The notes under the pieces are model-generated. The model made no database searches, had not been told where the DNA came from, and was given only the letters and a program-made list of their open reading frames with translations. A program made the translations under genes and the position numbers. From an uncultured virus (IMG/VR IMGVR_UViG_3300020381_000001) (taxonomy: Duplodnaviria > Heunggongvirae > Uroviricota > Caudoviricetes), in IMG/VR virus record IMGVR_UViG_3300020381_000001: DNA of 64,000 nucleotides, one strand, 5' to 3'. Below, in pieces: positions 9,701 to 19,512 of the stretch; the stretch's first letter is position 1; each line of letters starts with the position of its first letter.

Positions 9701-12381
9701 ATGTAGAAGAAAATCCACAGGCATCAAAGACATTTGCATCTAGATCACCACTCGGAGAGGTCATCACAAATGATCCACTTAAGAGTATTACAAGGGAAAC
9801 AAATGATAAATTGATGAATAAAATTGGTATTGGTTTATCAATTCTATCATTCACTAATAATTCAACTACAGGTATTGTTTCTTTCACAAAGGAGCATAGT
9901 ATAGCTGGTATTGTAACTGCTGTTGTTAATGGTACTGGTGGTAGTGGTTATAATAACGGTACACATTTTAACGTTAAAGTATTTAATAGTACAACTCAAA
10001 ATGATTCAACATGGAATGGAACACTAGCAACAGTTGTTGTAGGTGGTGGTAAAGTAACAGCATTTGACATAACAAATACTGGATCTGGATGGCAGGTAGG
10101 TAATAAAGGATATTTTGATAAAACTGTCATAGCTGGTGGTGATACTACCTACTTAGATGGTGGTGCTGCTGGTGCTGGATTAACTGCATCTAATATAGGT
10201 ATATCATCAGATTTGGTTATACAAACAACAGGTATTGGTGTAACTTCTGATGGATATTTTAGAATTCTATCTGCTGTTGACAAAAGACAAGTGTCAGTTG
10301 CAAAAAGTTCTGGTGATGTTTTACCAATTGCTGGACAATATGGATTTGTAGGAAGTCCATCATCAAAAATCTCAAGTGAAGTTTTCATATCTTCAACTGG
10401 TATTGCTTCAGTAACAACAACTGAGCCTCACGGACTCGTTGCAGGAAATAGATTCCAGTTAAACAGTTCAGTAAACGTCAATCAGGGATCATTTATAGTT
10501 AAGACTAGGGTTGGTGTTAACACATTCACATTTGAATCCACATCTGACATTGTACAAGCAAATGGATATATTCTAAAACATGGTTTATCGGCAAATGATG
10601 GAATATCTGCAAAAGGAAGTGAAAATCTTGGAATTAGAGGTGTTGAATTATTTGATTTAGAGAGTGGTAAATTAAACACTACGATGAATAATGTAGGATC
10701 TGCAGTCACATTCAACACATCAACTACAAATATTCTAGATAGATTCCCATATGGATCATATATTCAAATAGATGAAGAGATTATGAGAGTTTCTACAAAC
10801 TCTCTGGGAGGTGGAAGTAATAATGAACTCACAGTAATTCGTGGTGTGTTTGGAACGGTAACTTCTTCTCATGATCTTGGATCATTGATTAAGAAAGTTA
10901 AACCATTCCCGATCCAATTCAACCGACCATCCATATTGAGAGCATCAGGTCATACGTTTGAGTATCTTGGTTATGGTCCTGGTAACTATTCTACTGCATT
11001 ACCACAGGTTCAACTCAAGACTATATCTGAGAAAGAAGAGTTCTTATCTCAATCACAAGAAAGATCTGCTGGTGCTGTGGTTTATACTGGTATGAACAAC
11101 AAGGGTGACTTTTATATTGGAAACCAGAAGAAGTCTGCACTTACTGGTGAGGAGACATCATTTGATACACCAATACCATCTGTTGCTGGAGAAGATCCTA
11201 GTAGATTAAGTGTAGTATTTGATGAGGTAACAGTTAAAGAAAGACTTGTAGTTGAAGGTGGTAAATCAAAAACCTCATTATCAGAATTTGATGGACCTGT
11301 TACATTTAATGAAGAGGTTCAAAATAAAAATGTCGTTAAGATAAAATCTACTACAGAATCAACATCAGCCACAACTGGTTCACTGGTTGTAACAGGTGGT
11401 GTTGGAATTTCAAGTGATCTTAATATTACTGGAAGTGTATCAATTGGTGGAATACTTAATGCCAAGGGTGATGTATCACTCGGAGATATATCAACTGACA
11501 CAATATTAGTTGGTGGAAGATTTAATTCACATCTTATTCCTAAAACTGATGATAGTAGGGATTTAGGTAGCACTAGTAACAAGTGGTCAGAGGTTCATGC
11601 TGTAAGTTATTATGGTAATGGATCAAATTTAGAAGGTATTAATAATAGTCAGTTGTTAGATTCAAATGATGTAGAAAGAATTGGTGCCAATACATCTGGA
11701 GTAGTAATCACAGGAATTACAACGATTGCTGGTGCGACTACGATTAGTGGGGATAAAATTCGCATAACGAATGTAGGAGCTGGTAGTAGTGTATCTTTGA
11801 CTACCGATGGTGGTATTGAACTTTCTAGATCTGCTAGTAACGAAGGACCTTATATTGATTTCAAAAGATCAGGTGGAGATGGTGATGCGAGAATACAGAT
11901 GATTGCTACAGGTGGTGGAACTGGAGCAACTGATGGTGAACTAATATTTAGAGTACCTACCTCTGGTAATTTAGGTTCTGCTACTGTAGAGGAGAGGTTT
12001 AGAGTTAAAAGAAATGGTGCGAAAATTACTGGTGACTTAGAAGTCACTGGCGATATAACAGCACTTACATCTGACATCAGACTCAAAGATGAAATATCAC
12101 CAATCACAAAGGCATTAGAAAAAGTTAATGCGATAAATGGATTTACTTACAAACATAATAGAATTGCTCTTGATGAATGTTTAATTGATACAGGTGATGA
12201 AAGATTTGCTGGTGTCTCTGCTCAAGATGTTCAGCAGGTATTACCAGAGGCAGTTAAACCTGCACCTAGCAATCATGATTACTTGACGGTGCAATATGAA
12301 AAATTAGTACCACTTCTCATAGAAGCAATTAAAGAATTATCTGCGAAGGTAGATGATCTTGAAAATCAAATAAATAACTAA
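6718..12381 (+). CDS. Large cyanophage tail/baseplate-associated fibre protein with C-terminal S74 chaperone domain
   Basis: 1887 aa. N-terminal LYVSPSD...GNS..TPFKTIQRAL motif, HG(L/F)..G repeats, C-terminal SDIRLKDEI...GVSAQDV...VQYEKLVPLLIEAIKEL. CATAAATA late promoter at 6679-6686. Confidence 0.8.
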   Translation: MPLNKLDNFLKNVEGRILYVSPSDLDASDAMSNQGNSQTTPFKTIQRALIEAARFSYVPGNNNDITEKTTILLMPGEHIIDNRPGFKVKNIGNEAKIFSPTTAGYTSVNAENINKISLNLDSNFDLNQEDNILYKFNSVNGGVIVPRGTSIVGLDLRKTKIRPKYVPNPTDDSVPFSSIFRITGACYFWQFSLFDGKLSEKVYVKNNEFSSENFVKPSFSHHKLTCFEYADGVNNDTDTGLTDLNMYYYKLSIAYGTATEDRNISEKFPLNTEGFVSRRPEFEIVGSFAPDPIKITSIQSGDGTTASPVVTVTTQESHGLDVGTPIRIKGVNESDYNISTTVTTVDTSNSRVFTYTIADFKSDIQTPASNVTDAKIIVETDTVNGASPYIFNISLRSVFGMNGMHADGANATGFRSMVVAQFTGVSLQKDDRSFVKYNPTSGIYEGLSTTTTSGEALANESSAKNSNQIYHLDSNAIYRSGWETRHVKISNDAILQIVSVFAIGYNTHFEARSGSDASITNSNSNFGQLALVSDGFKKNAFQKDDRAFITHIIPPRAITTAEENIDWVSIDQSKNSDTKKLYLFGFESEDIKPPSLTQGFRIGAKRGDKLFVDISGVIKEAEILMNSNNGDPTTNSVKEIIVSSHDNGLFTFGGSDHQLSTGEKVIITSDDGDIPENIVEKTVYFVIRVSATQFRLASSKTNADNGDFVKAYRGTNLKVLSRVTDKDSGDVGHPVQWDGSQWYVNVRSGNTIVGSLTGSVGRTEPSFVKRISDTRSLDERIYKLRLAIPKEIDNAKNPENGFVIQESSNTGITSVSDFTQKGVLTREDFLRNRNPRFISSCTFNNAVKVVTITAERPHNLTVGDLITVKNVTDTSNTSGIGNSGYNREATVTSIPNNLTFEYSTGNETIQNFSTNNFNDKTSDSSINYPRFERTDLKSNIYIFRNNIISEYINDTQDGVYQVFALNSSNFVPTEYTGLNYSQNVVDVYPQIDRDNVEENPQASKTFASRSPLGEVITNDPLKSITRETNDKLMNKIGIGLSILSFTNNSTTGIVSFTKEHSIAGIVTAVVNGTGGSGYNNGTHFNVKVFNSTTQNDSTWNGTLATVVVGGGKVTAFDITNTGSGWQVGNKGYFDKTVIAGGDTTYLDGGAAGAGLTASNIGISSDLVIQTTGIGVTSDGYFRILSAVDKRQVSVAKSSGDVLPIAGQYGFVGSPSSKISSEVFISSTGIASVTTTEPHGLVAGNRFQLNSSVNVNQGSFIVKTRVGVNTFTFESTSDIVQANGYILKHGLSANDGISAKGSENLGIRGVELFDLESGKLNTTMNNVGSAVTFNTSTTNILDRFPYGSYIQIDEEIMRVSTNSLGGGSNNELTVIRGVFGTVTSSHDLGSLIKKVKPFPIQFNRPSILRASGHTFEYLGYGPGNYSTALPQVQLKTISEKEEFLSQSQERSAGAVVYTGMNNKGDFYIGNQKKSALTGEETSFDTPIPSVAGEDPSRLSVVFDEVTVKERLVVEGGKSKTSLSEFDGPVTFNEEVQNKNVVKIKSTTESTSATTGSLVVTGGVGISSDLNITGSVSIGGILNAKGDVSLGDISTDTILVGGRFNSHLIPKTDDSRDLGSTSNKWSEVHAVSYYGNGSNLEGINNSQLLDSNDVERIGANTSGVVITGITTIAGATTISGDKIRITNVGAGSSVSLTTDGGIELSRSASNEGPYIDFKRSGGDGDARIQMIATGGGTGATDGELIFRVPTSGNLGSATVEERFRVKRNGAKITGDLEVTGDITALTSDIRLKDEISPITKALEKVNAINGFTYKHNRIALDECLIDTGDERFAGVSAQDVQQVLPEAVKPAPSNHDYLTVQYEKLVPLLIEAIKELSAKVDDLENQINN

Positions 12382-12390
12382 AAAGAAATA

Positions 12391-14406
12391 ATGTCTAACT
12401 ATACAAAGTCATTTAATTTTAGAAATGGTGTTCAGGTTGATGATAGTAACTTTATTGTCAATGCGGTAGGACTGGTTGGAATTGGAACCACAAAACCAGA
12501 AAAACAATTAGATGTTCGTGGTAATGCAAGCATAACAGGTATAACGAGTTTAGCTGGAACAGTTATAAGTGGAGTGATAACAGCTGGTAATATAAAGATA
12601 GATGCTCTATCAGGAGTTCTTACTGCCACTAAATTTGTTGGTGATGCTTCAGGATTAACAAATATTGTTGCTATTGCGACTGATGGTTTCATTGCCAATT
12701 CAGGAACATTATCAACAACTGCCAAAGTTGGTATTGGAACAACAGTAGTTGGAGCTCAATTAGATGTTCTTGGAGATTCTAGATTTACAGGATTTACCAC
12801 TTTCATAGGAATCACTTCAAGCATTGGTACATTACTTGTAAATCAATTTACTGCTAGTGGCATATCAACTTTTGATAGTGACATAGATGCAAATGCACAT
12901 ACAGTTCTAAACACGTTAGTTGTAGGTGGTATTACAACATTTACAGGTTCTATTGATGCAAATGGTGGTGCAACAATTGATAATATTAGAATTGGTCAGA
13001 GTGATGATAATGAAATTGATACTGCATCTGGTGGATTAACGCTTGATTCTGCTACAGGTCAAACAACTATTGATGACCATTTGGTTGTATCTGGCGTTGT
13101 GACAGCAACAAATTTCAAAGGAGTATCAGGTAGTTCAGTTAAAATTGAAAGTGGAACTAATATTTCAGGTGTGACTACATTTTCAAGTCCTATTGTTTTG
13201 GGAGCAGGTGCTACAGTTGGATTCGGAACAACTGCATTTTTTCCAGATAATGTTAAGGTATTTTTTGGATCGGGTAATGATCTAGCAATATATCACATAG
13301 ATGATGGAGGTGGACAAAGTATTATATCAGAAACTGGTAGTGGGGATCTTCAATTAAGAGGTACTAACATCCAATTAAAAAATGCTGATGGAAGTAAAAT
13401 TTATATAGAAGCAACAAATACTTCAGGTGTTGATATAAGACATAATAATGTTACCAAATTTGAAACAATCGGAGCAGGTGCATCAGTCTATGGACAATTG
13501 AATGTCGCAAGTTTAAATGGTGGCACATCTGGATTATCATCTCACTTTGGATCACTACGATATGGAAATGAAAGTGGTGCAACATCTTATAGTACAAGAC
13601 AATCACTAGATTTAATCAACACAGATAGTGGTAATATAAACTACTACGTTAACTTCAATAGTAAACCAACTACAGGTGATTTCCATTGGCATAAGGGACC
13701 TAATACCCCATTAATGACACTGACTGGTATTGGAGGTTCTCTAGGTTTAGGAACCACACAACCAATAGCACCATTACATGTGGCAGGTATATCTACTTTC
13801 ACTGGTAATTCTTTCTTTGGAAATGATGTTTCAGTAGATAATAATTTGTCGATAGGTGGTAACATAACTTTCTCAGGTGAAACTTCAAAACTCATAGGAC
13901 GTGTCGAGGGACATGTGACTGGAAGTATACTAGACACTGCAGGAGTATCTACTTTTAGTGGTTTGAGGACAACTAATAAATCTCTTACTAATTTTGCAGG
14001 GGTTGGTATTGGTACTACATGCTCCCCAGAAAATTTTATTGAAACAGTCAGTTCATCAGGAGTTTCAACATCAAAATTTATCGTCACAAGTGATGGTAAT
14101 GTTGCAATCAGAACTGATACTTTTGATAATGGTGTAAATGTAAGTGCTCGTGGACAAAAAGTAACAATAAGTGCCGTCGGTATTGGAACATCTGCACCTC
14201 AATCTGCTGTTGACTTCAGAATGGCAGGTCAAGATGCAACTGGAACTGATGTCAATCGTATGTATATGTATCCACCAAAAATTACCACAACTCAAAGAAA
14301 TGCTTTGACAGGTTTATCAGATGGTGCTATAGTATTTGTATCAGACTTAGCTGGTGGTGCGAAACTTCAGGTTAGAGTAAGTGGTAACTGGGTTAACCTG
14401 CATTAA
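12391..14406 (+). CDS. Tail fibre-like structural protein
   Basis: VGIGTT, GISTF and GITT repeats typical of cyanophage fibres. Confidence 0.75.
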   Translation: MSNYTKSFNFRNGVQVDDSNFIVNAVGLVGIGTTKPEKQLDVRGNASITGITSLAGTVISGVITAGNIKIDALSGVLTATKFVGDASGLTNIVAIATDGFIANSGTLSTTAKVGIGTTVVGAQLDVLGDSRFTGFTTFIGITSSIGTLLVNQFTASGISTFDSDIDANAHTVLNTLVVGGITTFTGSIDANGGATIDNIRIGQSDDNEIDTASGGLTLDSATGQTTIDDHLVVSGVVTATNFKGVSGSSVKIESGTNISGVTTFSSPIVLGAGATVGFGTTAFFPDNVKVFFGSGNDLAIYHIDDGGGQSIISETGSGDLQLRGTNIQLKNADGSKIYIEATNTSGVDIRHNNVTKFETIGAGASVYGQLNVASLNGGTSGLSSHFGSLRYGNESGATSYSTRQSLDLINTDSGNINYYVNFNSKPTTGDFHWHKGPNTPLMTLTGIGGSLGLGTTQPIAPLHVAGISTFTGNSFFGNDVSVDNNLSIGGNITFSGETSKLIGRVEGHVTGSILDTAGVSTFSGLRTTNKSLTNFAGVGIGTTCSPENFIETVSSSGVSTSKFIVTSDGNVAIRTDTFDNGVNVSARGQKVTISAVGIGTSAPQSAVDFRMAGQDATGTDVNRMYMYPPKITTTQRNALTGLSDGAIVFVSDLAGGAKLQVRVSGNWVNLH

Positions 14407-14418
14407 ATAAATTTAATT

Positions 14419-15111
14419 ATGCAATTTGAAATTTTTAATATTTTTCCCACTACGATATATGTGGGGCAGATGGAGGGTCACGAGAAATATAAAAGTGATT
14501 TTTATAAATTATATCCTAAATTTGACTATGAGGAGAGTGATATTGATAATACTGTGAGTGAGAATATTGTTAAACCACTCATTCATTTGGAAGATACTTT
14601 GGATGATTTATTTAAAGAAGTTATAAATCATGTAAGAAATTATGTTTGTGATGTTTTAGAATATAGAGATATATTTGATTATGCAATTACTAAATCATGG
14701 TTATCAAGAGCAAGAAGAAAGGAAGATGAGATTAGATGTCATATTCATTCAACAAGTCATGTATCGTTCGCATATTATTTAAATATGCCCGATAATGCAC
14801 ATTGTATTGAATTTGAAAACATTTGTAGTAAAAATATATTATTTGGGGCAATGAATATAGCAGATGACAATAAGGAAAGAACCGTTGTCAATAAATATAA
14901 TGAACTTAATGCACAAAATTTTTTTCTCCACCCACCAGAGGGAACAATTGCACTTTTTCCAAGTAGTTTATGTCATAGCACTAGATTTACTGGAGGAGAT
15001 TTTTCGGGAGAAAGACTTGCGATTGTGGGAGATGTGACTACGATATTAAAGGATGATCAATTCGGTTACTCTGTTGGGTATATATCAGATAAATATTGGA
15101 AAAAATACTAA
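14419..15111 (+). CDS. Putative 2OG-Fe(II) oxygenase (TIGR02466-like)
   Basis: IFPT...SW...HIH...SFAYYL...PEG...FPS.L.H...R pattern. Confidence 0.75.
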   Translation: MQFEIFNIFPTTIYVGQMEGHEKYKSDFYKLYPKFDYEESDIDNTVSENIVKPLIHLEDTLDDLFKEVINHVRNYVCDVLEYRDIFDYAITKSWLSRARRKEDEIRCHIHSTSHVSFAYYLNMPDNAHCIEFENICSKNILFGAMNIADDNKERTVVNKYNELNAQNFFLHPPEGTIALFPSSLCHSTRFTGGDFSGERLAIVGDVTTILKDDQFGYSVGYISDKYWKKY

Positions 15112-15128
15112 ATAATTAAAAAAACACG

Positions 15129-16202
15129 ATGACGTTACCAGGTATAGGTCAATCAATAAGATATAGTCAAATAAAAACAGAGTTTGGATTAGCTCCAAGT
15201 TTTGCTGCATACCAGAGCAGTAATTCAAATTTTACAAATGAAAATTTAGGAGATTTAACAAATTTGCCATTGGATCAAGGAATTCCAACGTCAGGACAAA
15301 TGAAATTTAGTGATTTTAGTTCTAAAAGTTTAAACGTTGTTCTAGATTATTTTGATTCTGATTTAGATAATACTATACGACATGACATGAAAGAAAAATT
15401 TGTTGGGAGTTCAATTGGTCAGGGATTATTTGTCGTTGGTGGATATGAACCTAAACCAAGTTCAACAACAGGTAAAAGAATTATTGCTCATGTAAACGTG
15501 ACAATTGGGTCAACACATCAGAGTCAGGGTAGTGGTAAATCTGTCAGAAGAAATGTTGCTCTTAAAACAGGAGTATGGGATACAGGAACAAAATTAGAAA
15601 TTAACGTAGGTGCATCTGGGAAAATTTTAGGTCAAGGTGGAAATGCTGGAAAGGGTGGTAATTCCAATGGTCAAGGTGTTGCAGGTAAAAATGGAGGAAG
15701 TGCGATAGGGGTAGAGGAAACAAACTATGCTAGTATGAAAATTGTTAACAAAGGATTAATAAGTGCTGGTTTTGGTGGTGGAGGAGGTGGAAAAGGAAAA
15801 GGTCAATATGTAAGTTCTGGTAAGAAGAGTTCAGTATTTGCAACATCCTCTGGTGGTGGAGGTGGTGGAGGTCAAGGATTTCCCTTTGGTTCAGGAGCTG
15901 CTGCTGGTTCAGGAGCTTCAAATGGTGGATCTAATGGATCTGCTGGTGCAGATGGTACTGTTGATGGAAATAATGGTGGTGGTGCTGGTGGTTCTGGTGG
16001 TGGCGGTGGTGCTGGTAAAGGAGGTAATGGTGGAGATCCTGCTGGTATTGCACAAGATGGTGGAAATAGTGGTGCAACTAAAGGATTAAGTGGATATGCA
16101 ATTATAGGTGCAAAAAATGCTGATCCAGCAAGTTATACATCATCTACTGGTGGTGGAACAGTTACTGGAGATATTTTATATCCTGAATCAAATATATATT
16201 AA
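15129..16202 (+). CDS. Glycine-rich receptor-binding adhesin (gp38-like)
   Basis: N-terminal I..SQIKTEFG...IPTSGQMKFSDF, followed by several polyglycine tracts (GFGGGGGG, SGGGGGGG). Lies downstream of fibre genes. Confidence 0.65.
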   Translation: MTLPGIGQSIRYSQIKTEFGLAPSFAAYQSSNSNFTNENLGDLTNLPLDQGIPTSGQMKFSDFSSKSLNVVLDYFDSDLDNTIRHDMKEKFVGSSIGQGLFVVGGYEPKPSSTTGKRIIAHVNVTIGSTHQSQGSGKSVRRNVALKTGVWDTGTKLEINVGASGKILGQGGNAGKGGNSNGQGVAGKNGGSAIGVEETNYASMKIVNKGLISAGFGGGGGGKGKGQYVSSGKKSSVFATSSGGGGGGGQGFPFGSGAAAGSGASNGGSNGSAGADGTVDGNNGGGAGGSGGGGGAGKGGNGGDPAGIAQDGGNSGATKGLSGYAIIGAKNADPASYTSSTGGGTVTGDILYPESNIY

Positions 16203-16213
16203 TTAAATTTTGC

Positions 16214-16555
16214 ATGATTCACATCAATATTATATTTAAGATCATATCAAATAACCCAGAAAAAAAACAACTTATAGTTAAATTTTGTAGGCAAAATTCA
16301 CCAAAACCAATTGATGACCATCAAAAAATGGCAATATCCTATGATAATCTAGATTTTAGTGATGTTTATAATTTTGAAGAGAGTTTGCGATCTATATTAT
16401 GCGATCATGTTATTTCAGATTTTGAGGAGGAACCAATCTTAGACGAGAATAAATCAACTGAAGAAATAAAATCTATGTGTGTCGATGATCTACTAGATAA
16501 GGTAGTTTCCATACCATTTGGATTTCGAAATGATTTAAAAGAAATTGAATTATGA
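16214..16555 (+). CDS. Hypothetical protein
   Basis: 113-aa ORF packed in an operon with overlapping stop/start. Confidence 0.65.
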   Translation: MIHINIIFKIISNNPEKKQLIVKFCRQNSPKPIDDHQKMAISYDNLDFSDVYNFEESLRSILCDHVISDFEEEPILDENKSTEEIKSMCVDDLLDKVVSIPFGFRNDLKEIEL

Positions 16556-17043
16556 CAACGTGTAGAAGATTTTATAGAGAAAGTGGTGAGTTTTCATTAT
16601 GTGTTAACATAGGTAAAAAAGATTATGTTTTAGCAGAAAATCCTATTGATTCTAATACTATATTTTATTATGGAATTAAAGGTATTGGTAAACTTGGTAC
16701 GATGTTTTCTCAGGATCATGTACTAGTGAGAGAAGGAGAATTTGTTGATGTGAGGAGTTATCTACATAAATTTAGAATATTTCATTCACAAGAGGATTTT
16801 CATTTAGTTGGATTTAATACTCTTGAAAAAGGTCAAAATTGGGAGGGTAGACTCGTTAAAAGTGAAGAGACAGTAATAGATTTAGATAAGTCACACAGAC
16901 AAACATTTCTTGTATGTTTTAATGGTAAACCTATAGTGAATGGTAAGACTATGAAAAGATATGAGTATGCAAGACTTGACTTAAACAAGCAATATAACAT
17001 AAACTTAGATGGTGGAGTATTAGGTATTTTTTATAAGAATTAA
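16552..17043 (+). CDS. Hypothetical protein (possible beta-barrel/cupin-like)
   Basis: 163-aa ORF with ATGA overlap. Confidence 0.6.
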   Translation: MTTCRRFYRESGEFSLCVNIGKKDYVLAENPIDSNTIFYYGIKGIGKLGTMFSQDHVLVREGEFVDVRSYLHKFRIFHSQEDFHLVGFNTLEKGQNWEGRLVKSEETVIDLDKSHRQTFLVCFNGKPIVNGKTMKRYEYARLDLNKQYNINLDGGVLGIFYKN

Positions 17044-17552
17044 TGATTAAAAGTAATGATCTGTTAACATTATATAACTGGGCAAAAAATGTTACGTTTC
17101 CAGTTAAGAAAGCACCCACGATAGATGGTTATTCAAATAAAGTTATAGATTACTATTGGATTAAATCAGTAAAGAAAACAACTATAATAAGAGACAAATT
17201 GATGACTGATGAGATTCGTAAAATCTATCAGAATGAAAATATATTATTTTCAAACTACACCATCTTTTATCCTAACACCATATTAAAACCACATAAAGAT
17301 CCTGATATTCTACGGTACCCATACAAAAGGATTCAAATACCACTTACTGTTCCTGATACTGATAAATGTTATATGGATTGGGTAAATATAAAAGATGGAG
17401 TTGTTAAGTGGAAGGAGGGGAAACCAGAGGTTTGTGATGTTATGAACTACACACATCAAGCATATAATTACTCTGATAAACCTTTAGAAATATTATTTGT
17501 TGATGTTGAACGTGACACAGAGGTTGAATATAAAAAGGGGATTAAAAATTGA
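17043..17552 (+). CDS. Aspartyl/asparaginyl beta-hydroxylase-like oxygenase
   Basis: LKPHKD...RIQIPL.VP...WKEGK...D...HQAYN.S...ILFVD motif order. Confidence 0.75.
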   Translation: MIKSNDLLTLYNWAKNVTFPVKKAPTIDGYSNKVIDYYWIKSVKKTTIIRDKLMTDEIRKIYQNENILFSNYTIFYPNTILKPHKDPDILRYPYKRIQIPLTVPDTDKCYMDWVNIKDGVVKWKEGKPEVCDVMNYTHQAYNYSDKPLEILFVDVERDTEVEYKKGIKN

Positions 17553-17587
17553 AGAGTCTTACTTGTTTCAAAGTGAGACTCTTTTTT
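17552..17587 (+). terminator. Rho-independent terminator ending the tail-fibre module
   Basis: AAGAGTCTTACTT-loop-AAGTGAGACTCTT followed by a T-run. Confidence 0.8.
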
Positions 17588-17600
17588 GTATGGTAACACA

Positions 17601-17657
17601 TGGTCAGTTAACATAGTGGCACACACACTATACAATATCACATACGTTTGCTATAAT
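17601..17657 (+). promoter_or_regulatory. Palindrome + -10 promoter, copy 1
   Basis: TGGTCAGTTAACATAGTGGCAC-29 nt-TATAAT. Confidence 0.75.
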
Positions 17658-17678
17658 AAGTATATCAACAGGAAATCT

Positions 17679-18857
17679 ATGCAACTAAGACCCCACCAAG
17701 AGCAAGCAATACAGGCAATGATTGACAATGACAAAGGTCAAGTCATTGTACCTACAGGTGGTGGTAAGACTATCTGTATGATACAGGATGCCAAGAGAGA
17801 ATTCTCAAAGTTCCCTCAACATACAATAGTGGTTGTTGCTCCTCGTATTCTATTGGCAAACCAGTTGTCAGCAGAGTTTCTTGAGTTCATTACTGATGTC
17901 AAAGTGATGCACGTTCACAGTGGAGAGACTCATCACTTCAGTACAACTAAGGTTGATGCTATCAGAGAGTTCAACTTTCATAATGCTAACGATGGTCACA
18001 ACCAGTTGATCTTCACAACATATCATTCACTACACAGAATTGCTGAGAGTAATATTGTTGTTGATACTATCTACTTTGATGAAGCACACAACTCAGTACA
18101 GAAAAACTTTTTCCCTGCTGTTGAGCATCTATCAACCAGTATCTTCACAAGAGCATACTTCTTTACAGCAACACCAAAGCACAGTTTGACACCTAGCAAG
18201 GCAGGTATGAACTGGACTAAGGTGTATGGCAATGTGATTTGCAATGTACCTGCACCTAAGTTGGTCAAGCAGGGATACATACTACCACCAAAGGTTGAAG
18301 TTTACAAAACCAGAATACTTGACAAAGATGAGTTGGTTGCTGACAGAGATTGTGAGCAGATGGTAGATGCCATAGATAACTTGGATAAGGACAAGGTATT
18401 GATATGTGCCAAGTCAACAAAACAAATTGTTGCACTTGTATCACAAACTGATTTCGTCAAGCAACTATCAGTTCGTGGTTATTCATGGATGATGATTACA
18501 TCTAAGACAGGTGCTATAATTGATGGGGAGAAGGTGGACAGAGAGACATTCTTTGATACACTTAATGAGTGGGGTCGCAATGACAAGAAGTTTGTTGTTC
18601 TACACCACAGCATACTCTCAGAGGGTATCAATGTTAATGGTCTTGAAGCAGTCCTATTCATGAGATCTATGGACTACATAGGTATCTCACAAACGATTGG
18701 TCGTGTCATCCGTAAGGGCAATGCTGACAAAGTATTCGGACTTGTTTGCATCCCTGTCTATTCAAAGGTTGGTATTTCTACTGCTGCAAAGGTCGAAGCA
18801 GTTGTGGATACCATATTCAACAAAGGTCAAGCAGCAACAAGTGTGGTAACAAAATGA
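17679..18857 (+). CDS. Superfamily 2 DEAH helicase (ResIII-like)
   Basis: Start moved to the ATG at 17679, downstream of the promoter. Has LRPHQ, PTGGGKT (Walker A), DEAH, TAT, SEGINV and QTIGRVIR. Confidence 0.9.
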   Translation: MQLRPHQEQAIQAMIDNDKGQVIVPTGGGKTICMIQDAKREFSKFPQHTIVVVAPRILLANQLSAEFLEFITDVKVMHVHSGETHHFSTTKVDAIREFNFHNANDGHNQLIFTTYHSLHRIAESNIVVDTIYFDEAHNSVQKNFFPAVEHLSTSIFTRAYFFTATPKHSLTPSKAGMNWTKVYGNVICNVPAPKLVKQGYILPPKVEVYKTRILDKDELVADRDCEQMVDAIDNLDKDKVLICAKSTKQIVALVSQTDFVKQLSVRGYSWMMITSKTGAIIDGEKVDRETFFDTLNEWGRNDKKFVVLHHSILSEGINVNGLEAVLFMRSMDYIGISQTIGRVIRKGNADKVFGLVCIPVYSKVGISTAAKVEAVVDTIFNKGQAATSVVTK

Positions 18858-18958
18858 AAACAGATTTACTTCTCAAAATTTATAAGGTGGTTAAGGTTAA
18901 ACCCGAACCAAAATATAAACCAGTTCGTAAACATTACAACATACACACATACGGATAA
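18854..18958 (+). CDS. Small basic hypothetical protein (34 aa)
   Basis: ATG overlaps the helicase stop; ORF fills the gap to the next gene. Confidence 0.5.
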   Translation: MKTDLLLKIYKVVKVKPEPKYKPVRKHYNIHTYG

Positions 18959-18960
18959 TC

Positions 18961-19512
18961 ATGAATTTTATTGAACAATTAGAAACAAAAGTTAATTGGG
19001 ATAGAGTATTTGGAGTTGTTGATTCTTTATACTCAGATAAAGGATTTACATCTAATGCTGATAACTTTGCCAGAGCAACAATGGTTGAAAAGGCACTTGA
19101 TAAATTCTCGGACATTGATAGAGTTGACCAAAATGGTTATGACTTTGAATGGGAAGATAAAAAGATTGAACTCAAGATGGGTAAGAATCTATTTTACAAA
19201 AGAAAAGACCCAAATGCAACTAAGAAGTTTAAAGTTAAATCATTTTTGAGTGAGACTAAAACAGTTGAAGACTTTAAACAAGTCAGTACATTTGATTGGT
19301 TACTTGTTATTGATCTCACAGCAAGAAGAGTTGTAGTTGTTGAGGATGAGCATGCAAGGAGTCTATACCAAGAAGGTGCTGATGGTGCTATGATAGAGTT
19401 AAAGAAAGAAGATTATTATGAGTGTAATATTGGAGAAGTCAATCCAATATTACCACCAATTAATTTATCTTACTTGTATCAACAAGCAGATCAACAGTTT
19501 CTAAATTTCTAA
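18961..19512 (+). CDS. Putative PD-(D/E)XK restriction-endonuclease-like protein
   Basis: VE.....GYDF....KIELK motif. Stop overlaps the start of a DNA methyltransferase. Confidence 0.5.
   Translation: MNFIEQLETKVNWDRVFGVVDSLYSDKGFTSNADNFARATMVEKALDKFSDIDRVDQNGYDFEWEDKKIELKMGKNLFYKRKDPNATKKFKVKSFLSETKTVEDFKQVSTFDWLLVIDLTARRVVVVEDEHARSLYQEGADGAMIELKKEDYYECNIGEVNPILPPINLSYLYQQADQQFLNF

Noticed and set aside
17586..17678. Upstream TTG/GTG extensions of track ORFs (17586, 22379, 26043, 27198, 28775, 29231, 30046)
   Set aside because: They run through the promoter or non-coding elements, so downstream ATGs were chosen instead.
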